Shown: positions 43,198-55,519 of the stretch, one piece after another
Position numbering within the stretch: the stretch's first letter is position 1
Layout of the letters: every line of letters begins with the position of its first letter
Assembly: GCA_963845755.1 (NCBI GenBank)
Contig: CAWJTV010000025.1
Location: 266,745-330,744 of the forward strand
DNA: 64,000 nt
Reading direction: 5' to 3'
Origin: an uncultured Planctomycetota bacterium
GTDB lineage: Bacteria; Planctomycetota; Planctomycetia; Isosphaerales; Isosphaeraceae
Program-made: the position numbers and the translations under genes
Notes under the pieces: generated by a model
Databases searched by the model: none
What the model saw: the letters and a program-made list of their open reading frames with translations, nothing else
Told to the model about the DNA's origin: nothing

Positions 43198-43680
43198 TCA
43201 ACGAGACTCGCTGAAATCCATCTCGAAGTCGCTGAGATTGATCTGGGACTCGCTCTCGCCTTCCTCGGAAGGCTTTTCATAAACCTTGGCCCACCGCTTC
43301 GAGTCCGGCTCCAAGGCTCTCGACTGACCGGCCCGTTCATTCTCGCGCTGGCAGTCGATGCAGCTATTGGTATAGGGCAGGGCGTTGAGCCGCGCTTCGG
43401 AGATCTTGCCACCGCAGAACTCGCAGCGACCATAGACCCCAGCCGCGATTCGCTGCAGGGCATGTTCGATCTGGCCGAGCTCTCGGCTCTCGATTTCCAC
43501 AAGTTGTGAGCAAATCTCGTCGTTGGCTGAATCGACAGCCGCATCGACGTTATCGCCGACGACGCTCAGCTCCGAGAACTTCCGGAAGCTGTCCAGGTCG
43601 CCATTGAGGGCCTTCCGCAGCGCATCGCGCCGCGCGATGAGCCGGCTGGTCAGTCTAAGTAAGGCGTCTTTGCGGGCCAT
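43198..43680 (-). CDS. dksA: DksA/TraR C4 zinc-finger transcription factor
   Basis: DNVDAA coiled-coil tip (DxxDxA), YGRCEFC...RLNALP...CIDC; AGGAGG RBS. Confidence 0.88.
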   Translation of the reverse strand: MARKDALLRLTSRLIARRDALRKALNGDLDSFRKFSELSVVGDNVDAAVDSANDEICSQLVEIESRELGQIEHALQRIAAGVYGRCEFCGGKISEARLNALPYTNSCIDCQRENERAGQSRALEPDSKRWAKVYEKPSEEGESESQINLSDFEMDFSESR

Positions 43681-44326
43681 TAAACACCTCCTGGTGTGGA
43701 TCGATCGTATAAAAAAGAGTCGAAATCGGGCTGACAGACCCGCATTACGTTTGAACTCATCGTTGCCGGAACTCAACGAACAATCCCATGACACGAATCA
43801 CAGGCGGTCGGAATGGAATCGCGTGAGAGTCTTTCTGCGGAAAATCCCCGCTCCCTGCGCGTCTCTGAGGAATTCTCGATTCAACATTCAATATTTCCGA
43901 TGGACACGATTCCGGAATCTTGAATCTTTGACTCTCGAATCCCAATTTAGTTGCAGCCAAAGGCCGCAATAGGATTGTTCTTGTCATGGCGAAGGCTAGC
44001 CAGCGGTCCGGCTACGCCCTCACTTGCATATTATGCGCCATGGGCAAGGGACGACGTCCGGTTCCGGCCGTCCCCAGAAATAATACGCCGTGATCCGCCA
44101 AGGGGTTGCCAAAAACTCGAAAAAATTTTTCGTCCTCGGCGACCCTGGAGTTCAGGACAGTACGAGGGAATTCGGTTAGAGTCGGCACCGCAGCCGAGCG
44201 ATCGTGCGTGGAAACTCAATCGCGGGTTCGAATTCGGCGGGTGTACGGAGGGTGGGAATGCATTCGGTCGTGCGTTGCATGGATTGCAGGCCCGAGAGCA
44301 GCGTATGCGAGGATCGGGTGGACGAG

Positions 44327-45948
44327 TCATCGGGCCGAGCCGAAGCCTCCCTTCGGGGTGATTCTGGGCAAGGTGTAGTCGGCAACCACCCGAGCTTTCA
44401 ATGTATCGGGTGCGTGGAGAAGGTTTACATAACGGGCGGAATTGTTGTCAAGATGATAGATCCACTGCTCAATCAGTTGGCCCCGTGAGGCCGAGTAGTT
44501 CACGCGAGACGGTCTACCGTTCATTTTGTGCCGGACCTCGTCGGCCGTGAGGCCGAGAAGGCCCTGGCTGGTCGCCGTCAACGCCTGGGAGGGCTTTGGC
44601 TTGTCGGATCCGGAGTCGGCCTCGGCGCCGGGTAGGATTTCGACCCACTCGCCTTTCAATTTACGGAAACCTCTAAGGCGAAATGCTTCCTCGGTCTCCT
44701 TGGAGGTTGGGTCGATTCTCCAGGCTTTACGGAGCAGCTCGACGGCCGTGACACGATCCTGGAGAAGTTCTTCGTAGAGGCCCGCCAGCGACACGGGCCC
44801 ATAGGCATCGGTCTCGCTGAGCCGCACCCGCTTGATCTCGAGCCAGTCGCGCACGACCTTCAGGGCCTCGTCCGGCTGCCTGAGCTTCTCGCGATAAACC
44901 TGGGCCAGGGCCTTCACCTCCTGGAGCCGCAATGAGGCCAGGTCCTTCCTGTACTTGCCGACGGTCTTGTTCATCAAGCGGGTCGGAAGATCCGGCTTCT
45001 CGGGCAAGAGGGTCGCCGCCTGCTCGGCGAGGGCGACGCCAACCGCGAGTTCAGGGATCGGTTGGCGATCCAGCAGGCGTCTCGCGCATCGGCCCACAGT
45101 CGACGATCGAGTGCCTTGCGGACCTCATCGGGAGTGGCGCGGTCGTTATAGGCCGCCTCGGGGTCGTTGGCATACGGGGCCTCCCACGGCGTCAGGTTGA
45201 CGCGGGCGGCATTCTGATCGTTCGCGGCGTTCGGGAAGAATGCCGTGATCTCGCGGATCACGTCCTCGAGGCGGCCCCGGTCCGTGGCGGTCTCCAGCTT
45301 GGCCCGCAGCGCACGGTGGGCCATCGCGGAAGGTCCCGGCTCCGGAACCTTCCGCCGGCGTGCGTCCTGGGCCATGGCTAGCCACGCCTGGGGCGCGTCG
45401 ACGGCCCCGCGCTTCAGCTCCCCCTCCAGGCGCAGAACCTCGGCCTCCAGGTCCTGGGCACGCTTCATCAACGGACCATGTTCCTCGCCGAACTCAGTTG
45501 CACGGCGCTCGGCCCAACGCGCCCAGGCCTTGCGTGTGGCGGAGTCCCGCGGTGCCAGGCCGGCCAGCCCGCGCTCCAGCCGTTCCAGGTCGTCGGGGAC
45601 GATCTGGAGGCCAGTCACCTCGCAAACCAGCCGCCCCTCGTTCCGTTTCAGGATCCCATGGACGACCACGGTCCTCATCCGGGAATGGGCCGGTGGGCGG
45701 AGCCGCTGCGGGACCCGGAACGGGACCGAGGTCCGCTTCAACTCGAGCTGGTCATCCTCCGAGCCCTTGCGTGTGACATAGAACCTCACGCGGTCGTCGA
45801 CGACCACCTTGCGGCCGATCAGGTCCTCCCGGCACTCCAGGTCCGACGGCTCAACCCGGTGATCGGACTCTTGCCGCCCGATCGCACTACCAGCCAGTCC
45901 GAGAAAGAGAAGCCCGTACGCTCCCCAGGTCCAGGCTTGCCGTTTCAT
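44327..45948 (-). CDS. Exported hypothetical protein (frame break near 45085)
   Basis: Signal peptide; ORFs 44974-45948 and 44327-45097 join; ATGA overlap with the upstream gene. Confidence 0.55.
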
Positions 45949-47351
45949 GGCGGGCCCTCCACGTCCGGCGGCGGATCGAGCACCGCGGTCGCCGGCTTGC
46001 CAAGTGCCTCCAACGCCCGGGGGTGCGTCAGGAATACGCCGCTTCCGGGCTTCAGTTTCACCACATAGTAATTCTTGTCGAAGTCGAATTCGAAGGCGGC
46101 GAGCTCCGCCCCAAACTTGACGGAATTGCCGACGTCGGGCGGGGCCAGCTCGAAGAGTTCGAAGCCGGTCAGGTCGATGTGGGCGAACGAATCCGGTCGC
46201 GACACGCCGCCCCCACCGAAGCGGCCCGTCTCTCCCGGCGGACAGACCAGGTAGTCGATCTCATAAGTCCCCGTGGTCCCGTCCCGGGGCACGGCCGTGA
46301 TCGTCACGTCGAAGACATAGGCTCGGCCCTTGTAGACCATGTCGAACTTCGACTTCCACGAATCCCGATCGGTGCGTCGCGCCTCGGTGAGCATGTCCTC
46401 CAGGCTGATATCGCACAGGTTGACGTAGATGGCGGCCTCGTCGGCCGCGTGGCGGATCTCCTCGGCCTCCTCCACGGCGCCACCCAGGGCATCGACGGCC
46501 TTCTTACCCGCGGCGAGGAGCTGGTGCGCCCTGTCGAAATCACCCGCATCCAGGGCCGGGATGCCCTCGAGCCGCGCCCGTTTGGCGATCTGGGGAAACT
46601 CTTGACGGCGGTCTTTCCAGTATCGCCAGCCCACCGCCGCGATGATCAGCAAGGGGACCAGCGCGAAGATCCATCCATGCCGGCTGCGCCGTCGCGGCTC
46701 GTTCCGGGCCTCCAGGACGGCCGGGGCGGTCGGTTGGGGAACCGGGCGGGGACGGGCCGCAGGCCGCCGGGACGAACCGGCACGGCCGGGACGGGAGGGC
46801 TCAGTCGCCCGGGCCGCGTTGCGGTCGGATTCCGCTCTAGGCGTCCGGACCGGGGTCCCCTCGGCCGGCTTGCTCCGGCCTCGCCGGGGCGTGGCGGGGT
46901 TGGCCGTCCGTGTCGGGATGTCGGTCGCTTCGGCGGAATCCCCCTCCACCGCGCCGGCGGATCCTCGTTCCACGGCGGGTTCGGCCGGCTCATCCTCCCA
47001 GATGATGTCCGCTTCCACTCGATCTGGGCGTCGATCGGCCAGCTCGACCCCCGCATGGGTGGGATCCGTCAATTCGACCGGACCCTCCGCTACGAACGCT
47101 CCGTCCGGCCGCCTCGCCGCGGCCCTCGAACCGGCCGACCGGGCCGGGGCAGCCGGCTCCGGCAACGGGCTCCGCGGCAAGACAAAGACGCCCTCCCCGC
47201 AAGCCGGGCAGCGGAGGGCTTGGTAGCCCTCCGTTCGCTCGCCTCGAACCCGATGACCTGAGGAGCACGCCACGTTGAAATACTGGACCTTCGCGAGCGG
47301 CTCGGTCCCGAGATCCCGCAGGAATTTCTTCGCCCGGCCGAGAAACTTCAA
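45945..47351 (-). CDS. Zn-ribbon, low-complexity linker and TM hypothetical protein
   Basis: CSSGH...CPAC, Pro/Arg linker, TM WIFALVPLLIIAAVGW. Confidence 0.65.
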   Translation of the reverse strand: MKFLGRAKKFLRDLGTEPLAKVQYFNVACSSGHRVRGERTEGYQALRCPACGEGVFVLPRSPLPEPAAPARSAGSRAAARRPDGAFVAEGPVELTDPTHAGVELADRRPDRVEADIIWEDEPAEPAVERGSAGAVEGDSAEATDIPTRTANPATPRRGRSKPAEGTPVRTPRAESDRNAARATEPSRPGRAGSSRRPAARPRPVPQPTAPAVLEARNEPRRRSRHGWIFALVPLLIIAAVGWRYWKDRRQEFPQIAKRARLEGIPALDAGDFDRAHQLLAAGKKAVDALGGAVEEAEEIRHAADEAAIYVNLCDISLEDMLTEARRTDRDSWKSKFDMVYKGRAYVFDVTITAVPRDGTTGTYEIDYLVCPPGETGRFGGGGVSRPDSFAHIDLTGFELFELAPPDVGNSVKFGAELAAFEFDFDKNYYVVKLKPGSGVFLTHPRALEALGKPATAVLDPPPDVEGPP

Positions 47352-47585
47352 CGAATCACCTCTGTTCGACCGCCTGCTCTATCCGAAGCTCCGTGCGATC
47401 CGGATCGATCGATCCCCCGGCTCCGTCGTCGCCCTACGAACCGAATCGGGGAATTATTGGAGACCTTTCGCCCGGGGTCAACGCAGGGCATCCCCGACTT
47501 CCCCACGTCGTTGCATCCCTCCTAACCCCGAGGGGAATCCCACCCGGTGGCCGAGCAACGATCGAGAATCGCGGACGAGAAGCCC

Positions 47586-47945
47586 CTAATGGAACGAATC
47601 GACCGAGGCGCGCTGATCCCGGTCGATGCTGAAGAGCCGATCGAGATTCGAAGTGCGGAAGACCTGCTGAATCACCGACGACATCTCGCAGAGGCGGAGC
47701 TTACCCCCGGAGTTCGCGACCCGGCGCTGGAGCAGGATCAGCTTGCTCAGCAGGGTGCTGGAGATCAGGTTGACGTCGGAGAAATCGAGAATGAGCCGGA
47801 TCGGGGAGTTATCGTTGGGCAGGGCCGCAAGGATCTGATCGGCGACCTCGCGCACGGTCCGCTCGTCGAAAAGTTGACGGTCCTGGAAGCGAATTACCGT
47901 GATTCCATTCATCTCATTCACATGTATCCTGGGAGTAACGGCCAT
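47586..47945 (-). CDS. STAS domain anti-sigma factor antagonist
   Basis: LILDFSDVNLISSTLLSKLI...GGKLRLC.M...IQQVF. Confidence 0.85.
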   Translation of the reverse strand: MAVTPRIHVNEMNGITVIRFQDRQLFDERTVREVADQILAALPNDNSPIRLILDFSDVNLISSTLLSKLILLQRRVANSGGKLRLCEMSSVIQQVFRTSNLDRLFSIDRDQRASVDSFH

Positions 47946-48205
47946 CGTCCAAACCCCTGCAAGAAATCCGCGTGTGATACCCTTGCTGCTCCCGTCCGCC
48001 CGGCTCAGCATGATCCTCGCACCAGGGGTCCCAATCAAGGAGGGACTTCCGCGAACCGAGGCGCTTTTCCCCGATTCCCGGATCGCGGGCCGTCCGATGG
48101 GCTGGTCGCCTCCATCGATGCCGCCGATTATACACGGCTTCTTCGGAAGGCTGAAGGAGGAAGGCCGGCGGATGAGTCGGAACTGGCCCGGTCTTTGTTC
48201 CACCT

Positions 48206-48680
48206 TCAGCCTTCGGACTTCCCCCGGCGCCGCAGGCGGCTCAGCCCGCCGAGTGGCGAGTTCTCGGCGCGGGTGGCGTCTTTTTCGGCCGGCTTGTGAC
48301 CCTCCCCCAGGTGATTCCCCGGATGTTCGCTGATCGCGCAGGAGGGCCGCGGCGCGATCGGCGACGAACTCGAATAACGATTCCAGTTTGCTCGCCCGGA
48401 ACACTTCGGCGACCGTTGGATCCACATCCGAGAAGATGATCCGGCCCCCGTTTTGCCGGACCAAGCGGTGCAGCGCCACGAAGTTCCCCAGGGCCGCGGA
48501 TCCCGCGAAGCCCACCCCGCTGAGCTCGATGACCAGCTCGGGGCGCCCCCCCTTCTGAACATGAGCCTCATAGTGCTTGCGCAGGTCCTGCACCGGCGCG
48601 GGATCCAGTCGCAGGCAATCCCAGAACTCCGCGACCAGGATCCCGTCCACGTTGTGGGTCTGAACCGAGGGCTTCAACAT
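48206..48680 (-). CDS. STAS domain protein (frame break near 48340 causes apparent fusion to the downstream STAS)
   Basis: LVIELSGVGFAGSAALGNFV...GGRIIF.DV...VAEVF. Confidence 0.7.
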
Positions 48681-49199
48681 CGATCACCTGTCCGGTGGCT
48701 AAACGATGGTATTCAAACATGGCGGAACCGGCCGGCACACAACCGGGAGCGAGTCAATGAGTGTCCGTGCGACGGGATCTGCCCATCACGTCGCGGTTCG
48801 GTTACCCAACTCCCAGCGAGACAACGGCTTGCAAACTTGCGTTCCCCGAGCAACCCCGCGGAGGTTCGTCATCGCGCCAACCCGACAACCCGTCGCAGGT
48901 TGCGAATCAGGCCTGCCTTGCGACGACGTCCGATGAATGCCAGGAGGCCCAAACACTCTCGATCCCGGTCCCTCGATATCGTACCAAAGTCGGAGGTCGC
49001 GCAACCAGTCGATGGCCGGAATCTGCCCGAGAGCGGGCCTGGGTCCCGGAACAATCCTTGCGACCGGCTTGACGAAGGCCGGGAAAATCCGAACCGACAT
49101 CTCCGCATGGTCTCCCAGGGCCGATTCTGAGATAAAGGGAACGAAGGGGATGGCCCCACGTGCCGGATGTCCCACCGGATTGGCTTGGAGTGGAACGCT

Positions 49200-50209
49200 A
49201 TGCGTCGGTTCTTGCTCTTCTGGATTCTCGTCTTCCTGATCGCTGCCGGCCCGGCGCGTGCGGCGGACCCCGATTGGCTGGCTGGCGTTTTCCCCGAACG
49301 AGGCTATGACTTCGGTACCGTCGCCCGCGGCTCGCAGATCCGCCACACCTTCCTGGTGGTCAATCGGACCAATTCCGACATCCGGATCGCCGATTGGCGG
49401 CCCAAGTGCGGCTGCACCGAAGTACGCGTCGGCGCCAGGTGATCCCCCCCGGCACGCAGACCACCATCGAGGCCACGATCAACACGACCAACTTCCAGGG
49501 CTACAAGCCGTCGGGGCTGACCTTGACCCTCGATCGTCCGAGCTGGGCCGTGGTCGATTTGAACCTGACCTGCTTCATCCGCAGCGACATCAACCTGAAC
49601 CCCGGTCAGCTCGACTTCGGCATCGTCCGCCGATCGGCCAAGCTCCCCTCCTCCTCGCTGACGCTGACCTACGCCGGCGGCCGCTCCGACTGGAGCATCC
49701 TCCAGATGAAGACCCAGACCGCCAAGGTCAAGGCCGAGGCCAAGGAGATCGGTCGAACGGCCGACGGCCAGATCAACTGGCTGATCACCGCCACGCTCCA
49801 GCCGGCGGTCACCACCGGGTCCTTCAAGGACGAGCTGACTTTGATCACCAACGACACTCCCGCGCTCTCCATCCCGATCTCTGTCGCCGCCAACATCCAG
49901 ACCGCAATCTCGGTCACCCCGTCGATCATCAACCTCGGCCGGGTCCGCCCCGGCCAGACGCTCTCGAAGTCCAATCTCCACGTCCGATCGTCGGCCCCCT
50001 TTGCCCTCACCAAGGTCACCGCCACCCGCTCGGAACTCACGCTCGCCGAGCCCAAGCCCGGCTCGATTGCCGATCACCTCGTGAATCTGACCTTCAAAGC
50101 CCCAGAGACGCCCGGCCCTTATCACGCGATCGTCAAGATCGAGACGGACCTCAAGGGAGAGCCACCCTCTCAGGTCAAGGTCTTCGCGACCGTGACCCCC
50201 TCCCCCTGA
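49200..50209 (+). CDS. DUF1573 domain secreted protein (frame break near 49438)
   Basis: Signal peptide; YDFGTVARGS...H.F..N...KCGCT. Confidence 0.8.
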
Positions 50210-50359
50210 TCGGTAATTCCCGTGCCGAGGTGCGCACTTTCCCCTTGCCGCAAGCGGTCCGCCGAGCTACCCTATGCCCCTTCGTTGCCAACCGGCGTCA
50301 CGTCTCAAGCGGATGTCGAGCAGGTCCGTTCTTGTCGCCTGTAGCGCGGGTGCCGATTC

Positions 50360-50420
50360 GTAGGTCAGGCTTTCCAGCCGGACAATCCGCTGTCGCGTCG
50401 GGCGGGAAAGCCTGACCTAC
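50360..50420. repeat. REP-like hairpin, same family as 5766-5823
   Basis: GTAGGTCAGGCTTTCC...GGAAAGCCTGACCTAC. Confidence 0.85.
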
Positions 50421-50463
50421 GGGACACCCCCGCAACGACTCTGCCGGGAAGGAGCCCGCGCCG

Positions 50464-52318
50464 ATGTCGAGAGTCCGAAATCAGGTCCTCATGGCGGCGC
50501 TGGTCGTCCTGTTCGGGGCGACGCGCGGGCTTGGATGGCAGGGCGAGCCTGCATCCCAGCCACAAACAACGCCAGAAACTCCGGATCCATCGACGATCGC
50601 CAAAGTGCCCCGGGCGGCGGGGCCGACCGAGACCGAGTCCGCGGTCGTGCGACGCCAGACGGACGAGCAGCTCAAGGGCGTTGATCCCGCTTCCATCGCC
50701 ACGACGTCCACCCCGGCGACGCCCGGCGTCGCCGTTCGCTCCGATCCGCCGCCGGCATCCGGCTCGGCGTTGGAGCCCCCATCGAGCACCGACAAGCAAC
50801 TCCGCGAGGTCCTTCAAGACCGCTTACGATTGCTGGATGAGTTTGACAAGGCGTCCATGGCCCTTCAGAAGGCGACCCATCCGGAGCCGAGTCTGGAGAA
50901 ACAATTGGCCGAGGCCAAGGACGACCTCGGTCACCTCCAGGCGATATTGGCCCAGGCCGTGGCGCGGCCGGAGGCCGTGCTACCCCAGACGGACCGGGGA
51001 CTCCTGTCCGGCGATTCGCCGACCTCGAGTGCCGAGATCAAAGCCGCACTGGAGGCGACGACCAACGAGTTGAAGGAGTGGAAGTCGAAACTGGAGACCT
51101 TGCGGACCGAGGTCGTGAACTCGGAGAACCAGCAAGCCGCCCGACGGACCCAGCGGGACAATCTGTTCCAGCGGGTCACCCTGAAGGCCCGTGGGCCGGA
51201 GCGCGAGGCCCTCGCCGGCGCCGCGACGGCCCGGGCACGCCGACTGGCCAAGGAGCGGCTGCTCAACGTCGAATGGGAGTCGCGTGTCGAGACCCTGCGC
51301 CTCCAGGTCATCGAGGCCGAGCTCGCGCTCGAACCGAAGCTGGCGGGCGTCCGTGAGTTGAGGTTGCGGGAGTGCCAGGCACGGATCCAGATCCTCCAGC
51401 GGACCTTTACGTTGATGCAAACGCGCGTATCGAGCGGTCGCCGAACGGCAGGAGCGCGAACTGAAGGAAAAGGCAGCCCGCGAAGAGAATACGGCGCTCC
51501 GCTCGCAGGATCCCCTGGAACGGTTTCGCGCCAACCAGTTGGCCGAGCTGCTGAAGCTCGAGGTCCAGGTCGTCAAGGACGAGCAGGTCGAGGCCACCAA
51601 TCCTCCGCCGTCGCTGGACGAGCAGCGCAACCTGGCCGACCACACCGAGAAGGATTTCGCACGCCTCAAGGAGCTGGTCAACGACGGTCAGGTCAGCCGG
51701 CTGGACGCCGTCCGTCTCAACAATGAGTTCCGACGGATCGGCCCCGAGCGCGATCGCCTGCTCCGCAACGAGATGGCGATCATCGAGGCACGCCTCCAGT
51801 TCTATGAAGGGGCCCTGACCGATGCCGAGATCGAGCTGCTCCAGGACTCGTTGACCGATCGATCGGCGCACGATCTGCTGAGGGAACGGCTGCCGCAGTC
51901 GCGTTGGAGCGAGGGTGAGTCGCTGCTGGCGGAGGTGGAGCAGAAGCACCGGGCGCTGCTGGTGCGGCGCCGTGCGGCGCTGGAGCGCCTGACCCACTGC
52001 GCCGCCCAGACACTCGACCAGATCGCGCGGCGGTTGAGCATCCTCGACGAAGAGTACGGGTTCATCCGCACACACATCTTCTGGGTTCGCGATCAGGAGC
52101 CGATCGGACTGGGGACCCTGGGTCGGGGCGTCCGCGAGGTTCGGCAGGTCGTCACCGCCGTACTGGGGCTGGCGCAGGAAGCCGTCGTGCCCAGGAACTG
52201 GCGCACCGCGTCCGCCGAATTCGTGACAGCGGCCCTGGCCGTGCTGGTCCTGCCGTTCGGGCTGATCCGCCTGCGCCGGAGCCTCCGCGCCCAGATCGAA
52301 CGGGATCTCCAGTCTTGA
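50464..52318 (+). CDS. Exported long coiled-coil protein with C-terminal TM, like the periplasmic half of MscK (frame break near 51428)
   Basis: Signal peptide, heptad-rich, FIRTHIFWVRDQEPI before a TM (resembles the ..FWV.S..P motif of MscK-like proteins). Confidence 0.6.
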
Positions 52319-52419
52319 ACGGTGTACGAGACGGTGGTGGGGTCGGCATAGCGTAGGATGGGTCGGGCTGCGATTCCTCGCGGCGAGGCCCACCGAATGC
52401 GCCTTTAAGGTCGAAAGCG

Positions 52420-54470
52420 ATGCTAATGCGAGGCTTGCGAACTCTGGCGCGTAGGGACGGTCGCGGCGTCGATCTGGCCGTCGTACCTGGTGTTGCTGGC
52501 CTACCTGGCACGGCAGGCCCCATGGCCGCGGAGCCTGGGAATCCTGGTGTCGGCGACCCTGGCCGGGCTGGCGCTGGCGGTCCTGGTGCTCGGCCTGCTG
52601 AGATGGTTGGCGCGGCCGTCGGGATGGGCCGAGCACTACCTGGAGGTCCCCGCACCGGTGGCGCGGCAACTGGCGCGAGCCGGCCGATTCGTGGTGGCCG
52701 CGGCCGCAGGGCTTCTCCTGCCGGTCTATCTGCTCGACCAAGGGTTGATCGCTCCGGTAGGTCGCCCGCTGAACGCCCCGGTCTTGGGCCGGTTCCTGAT
52801 CCTGGCATTCGAGCTGGTGGTCTGGGGGACATGGATCCGTTTGTTGAGGGGGCGCTCGCCGCTGCTGACGTGGTTTGCGATCGAGTCCTCGGACGAGCGG
52901 GATCTCGGGCCGGCGGACGCTCCATCGGCGAACTCTTCGGCCTCGCGACACGTCGAATCGCCGGCGCCTCCCAGCAGTTCGAGGATCCACGCCGGATTGG
53001 TCTGGTTGAGCCGGCATCGCCGCGCGGCCGCCGGATTCCTGCTGGCGGCCATGGCCACCGTGATCGTACTGGACGTGCGCGGCTACAGCTTCTCCGCCCG
53101 CCGGCTCGCCATCGCCGCATCCGAGACCGCGGCTATGATCGCCCTGAGTGCCGCGGCGTATCGCGTCCTGGTGCGAACGATCGATCAGCACGTGGTGCGA
53201 TGGTCGCGGCTGCGTCGGCGGTCCTGGGCGCTCGCCTTGACCTCGGCCGTCGGGTTGCGGGCCTCGTCCCGATCGCGCGGGCCTGTCGCCTCGCACGAGC
53301 GGGCCACCGGCATCGATGACCCCAGGGACCCCGAGAACCTCGCCTTCCAGCCCGCCGACCTCGCCGCGGGGATGAAGCGACTCGGCGCCGGCGCCCTCAT
53401 CGCCCTGGGACTGCTGGCCGTTGCCTGGCTCTGGGACCTGGACCTGGCTCTCGTCCGATTCCTGCTCAACCGCCCGTTGTGGTTATTCGACGAACAGGGG
53501 CCGGTCACCGTCGGCGACCTGCTGGAGGCCACCGGCTTGATCCTGGCCGGAGCCCTCGCCTGGCGATCCATGAGTACCCTCTTCGCCCTGACCCTCTTTC
53601 ACCGCATGCCCGACGATCCGGGCGTCCGATTCGCCGTCGTGACCCTCTGCCGCTACGCCGTGCTGGCACTGACCACGATCGCCGCCATGGGGGCCATCCA
53701 CATCGACATGGCCAAGATCAGCGTGGTCCTGGCGGCCCTGGGCGTCGGCCTGGGGTTCGGGCTCCAGGAGATCATCTCCAACTTCGTCTGTGGCATCATC
53801 CTGCTCCTGGAGCGCCCATCCGGATCGGCGACGTCGTCACCGTTGCCGACACGACCGGACGGGTCGACCGCATCCACATCCGTGCCACAACGATCATCAA
53901 TGCCGACAATCAATGCATGATCGTCCCGAACCGCCAGTTCATCACCGGCAACCTGGTCAACTGGACGCACCAGGACAAGATACTCCGCGTCCCGATCAAG
54001 GTGGGCGTGGCGTACGGGACCGATCCGGACCGCGTCGTCAACCTGTTGCTCTCGGTGGCTCGGCACGATTCCGAGGTCCTCTTCAGTCCGGCGCCCTCAG
54101 CGGTGCTGGAGGGATTCGGCGAGTCAGCTCTGTTATTCGCCCTCAATGCATTCGTGGCGGAACCTGGCCTGGCCGGCCCGGTCCGGCACCGGCTCTGCGC
54201 CGACATCCAGCGGCGATTCGCCGCGGAAGGGATCCTCATCCCACTGCCAACGCGGGAGCTGCACTCAGCGGCTCGCCCCAGGACCTGCTCGGTGTCCTGG
54301 AGCATCCCGGGCCGCACCGATATGACTCGGGATCGCAGACCCCTCCGGAGCCGCACGGGCTCGTCGCCGGGCCGCGCCCACTCTCGACGGGCGCGCGCGA
54401 ACGTCCTGACAGGTCGGTCAGGCGTTCCAGCCCGAGGTCCGAATCCGTTCAGGTGGGGCCGCCTAATTGA
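52420..54470 (+). CDS. MscS-family mechanosensitive channel (frame breaks near 52450, 53817, ~54265)
   Basis: LAALGVGLGFGLQEIISNFVCGIILLLERP/IRIGD..GRVDRI.IRAT, IVPN..FIT..L.NWT, VGVAYGTD. Confidence 0.8.
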
Positions 54471-54799
54471 CCTGGAATCGTCCTGGCCGGGGTTATCTGG
54501 CTCCAGGGCATTGGCGCGCACCGGCCGGATCCCGGGCAGCCGTAGCCCATCCACACGGCGAAGGACCCGGGAATCCGGGAAGTCAAGGACCAGAACCGGA
54601 GATTGTTCCCGGATAGGTTGAATCTCATGGCTCTCCTCGTCCGATTCTATGGCATGCCGGACCAGGGATAGGGAAGAGGCTCATTCCGCCCCACGAGATT
54701 TCGTCGCCCGAATCTCCGGTCGATGATCGAGGTCAGCGCAGGAGGATCTCCCGCGCTCGGCGCTGGAATAGCACAGGACCGCGAGGAGGAGGAAAACCC

Positions 54800-55024
54800 A
54801 TGGCGACCGCGCGGCTGCGCGTCTTCCCGCACCCCGAGGAAGAACCGGACCAGGACGAGAATCCCGTCATCGCGATCCGGCTCAGCGACCTGTATCCGCT
54901 GTTAGCCCAGGCCTACCGCGACAATTACACCTGGCTCCGCGACTTCGAGGACGACCAGTTGCTGGTCAGCAACGACCTGTACGAAGTGGTGCGTGCGTTC
55001 TCGGATTGCCGTCCCTCGGCGTGA
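54800..55024 (+). CDS. Small hypothetical protein
   Basis: Strong GAGGAGG RBS; GC3-biased 74-aa ORF. Confidence 0.65.
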   Translation: MATARLRVFPHPEEEPDQDENPVIAIRLSDLYPLLAQAYRDNYTWLRDFEDDQLLVSNDLYEVVRAFSDCRPSA

Positions 55025-55135
55025 CCGGCGGCTCTGGTCTTGTCGCGGGGATGGGAAAACCCTACTGTAAGGAGCAGGGTCGGAACGCGTGGCGATGACC
55101 CAGGGGATCCGGTTCCGTCGTTTTGAGCCTTCGCG

Positions 55136-55519
55136 ATGACCTCCCAAGAATCGAATCAATCTGACGCGGCATTCACAATTGAGCGTCGGGGCGAGCTGAC
55201 GGTCATCACGGCGACGCGGGAGCTGGAACGCATCGAATTCGGGCTGGAGGAGCTGGTTTCCGATCTCATCCTCAAGCCCCTCCGCCGACAGGAGAATCCC
55301 CTGATCGTGTTCGACCTCAGCGGGGTCAACAACTTCGGTTCCATGTTCCTGGCCCTGCTGATCCGATGCTGGAAGCTGGCCCTGTCCCAGGGCGGCACGA
55401 TGGCCCTCTCGGGAGTCAATGAGCGGACGAAGGAACTCCTCCGGATCACGGCCCTCGATATGGTCTGGCCGATCTACCAATCGAGGCGCGAAGCCATCGA
55501 GGCCTTGCAATTGGATTGA
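55136..55519 (+). CDS. STAS domain protein
   Basis: IVFDLSGVNNFGSMFLALL...GGTMALSGV...ELLRITALD. Confidence 0.85.
   Translation: MTSQESNQSDAAFTIERRGELTVITATRELERIEFGLEELVSDLILKPLRRQENPLIVFDLSGVNNFGSMFLALLIRCWKLALSQGGTMALSGVNERTKELLRITALDMVWPIYQSRREAIEALQLD

Noticed and set aside
47586..48680. Apparent double-STAS fusion (364 aa ORF)
   Set aside because: The linker reads like intergenic DNA with a hairpin; the second STAS has its own start, and a frame break near 48340 explains the read-through
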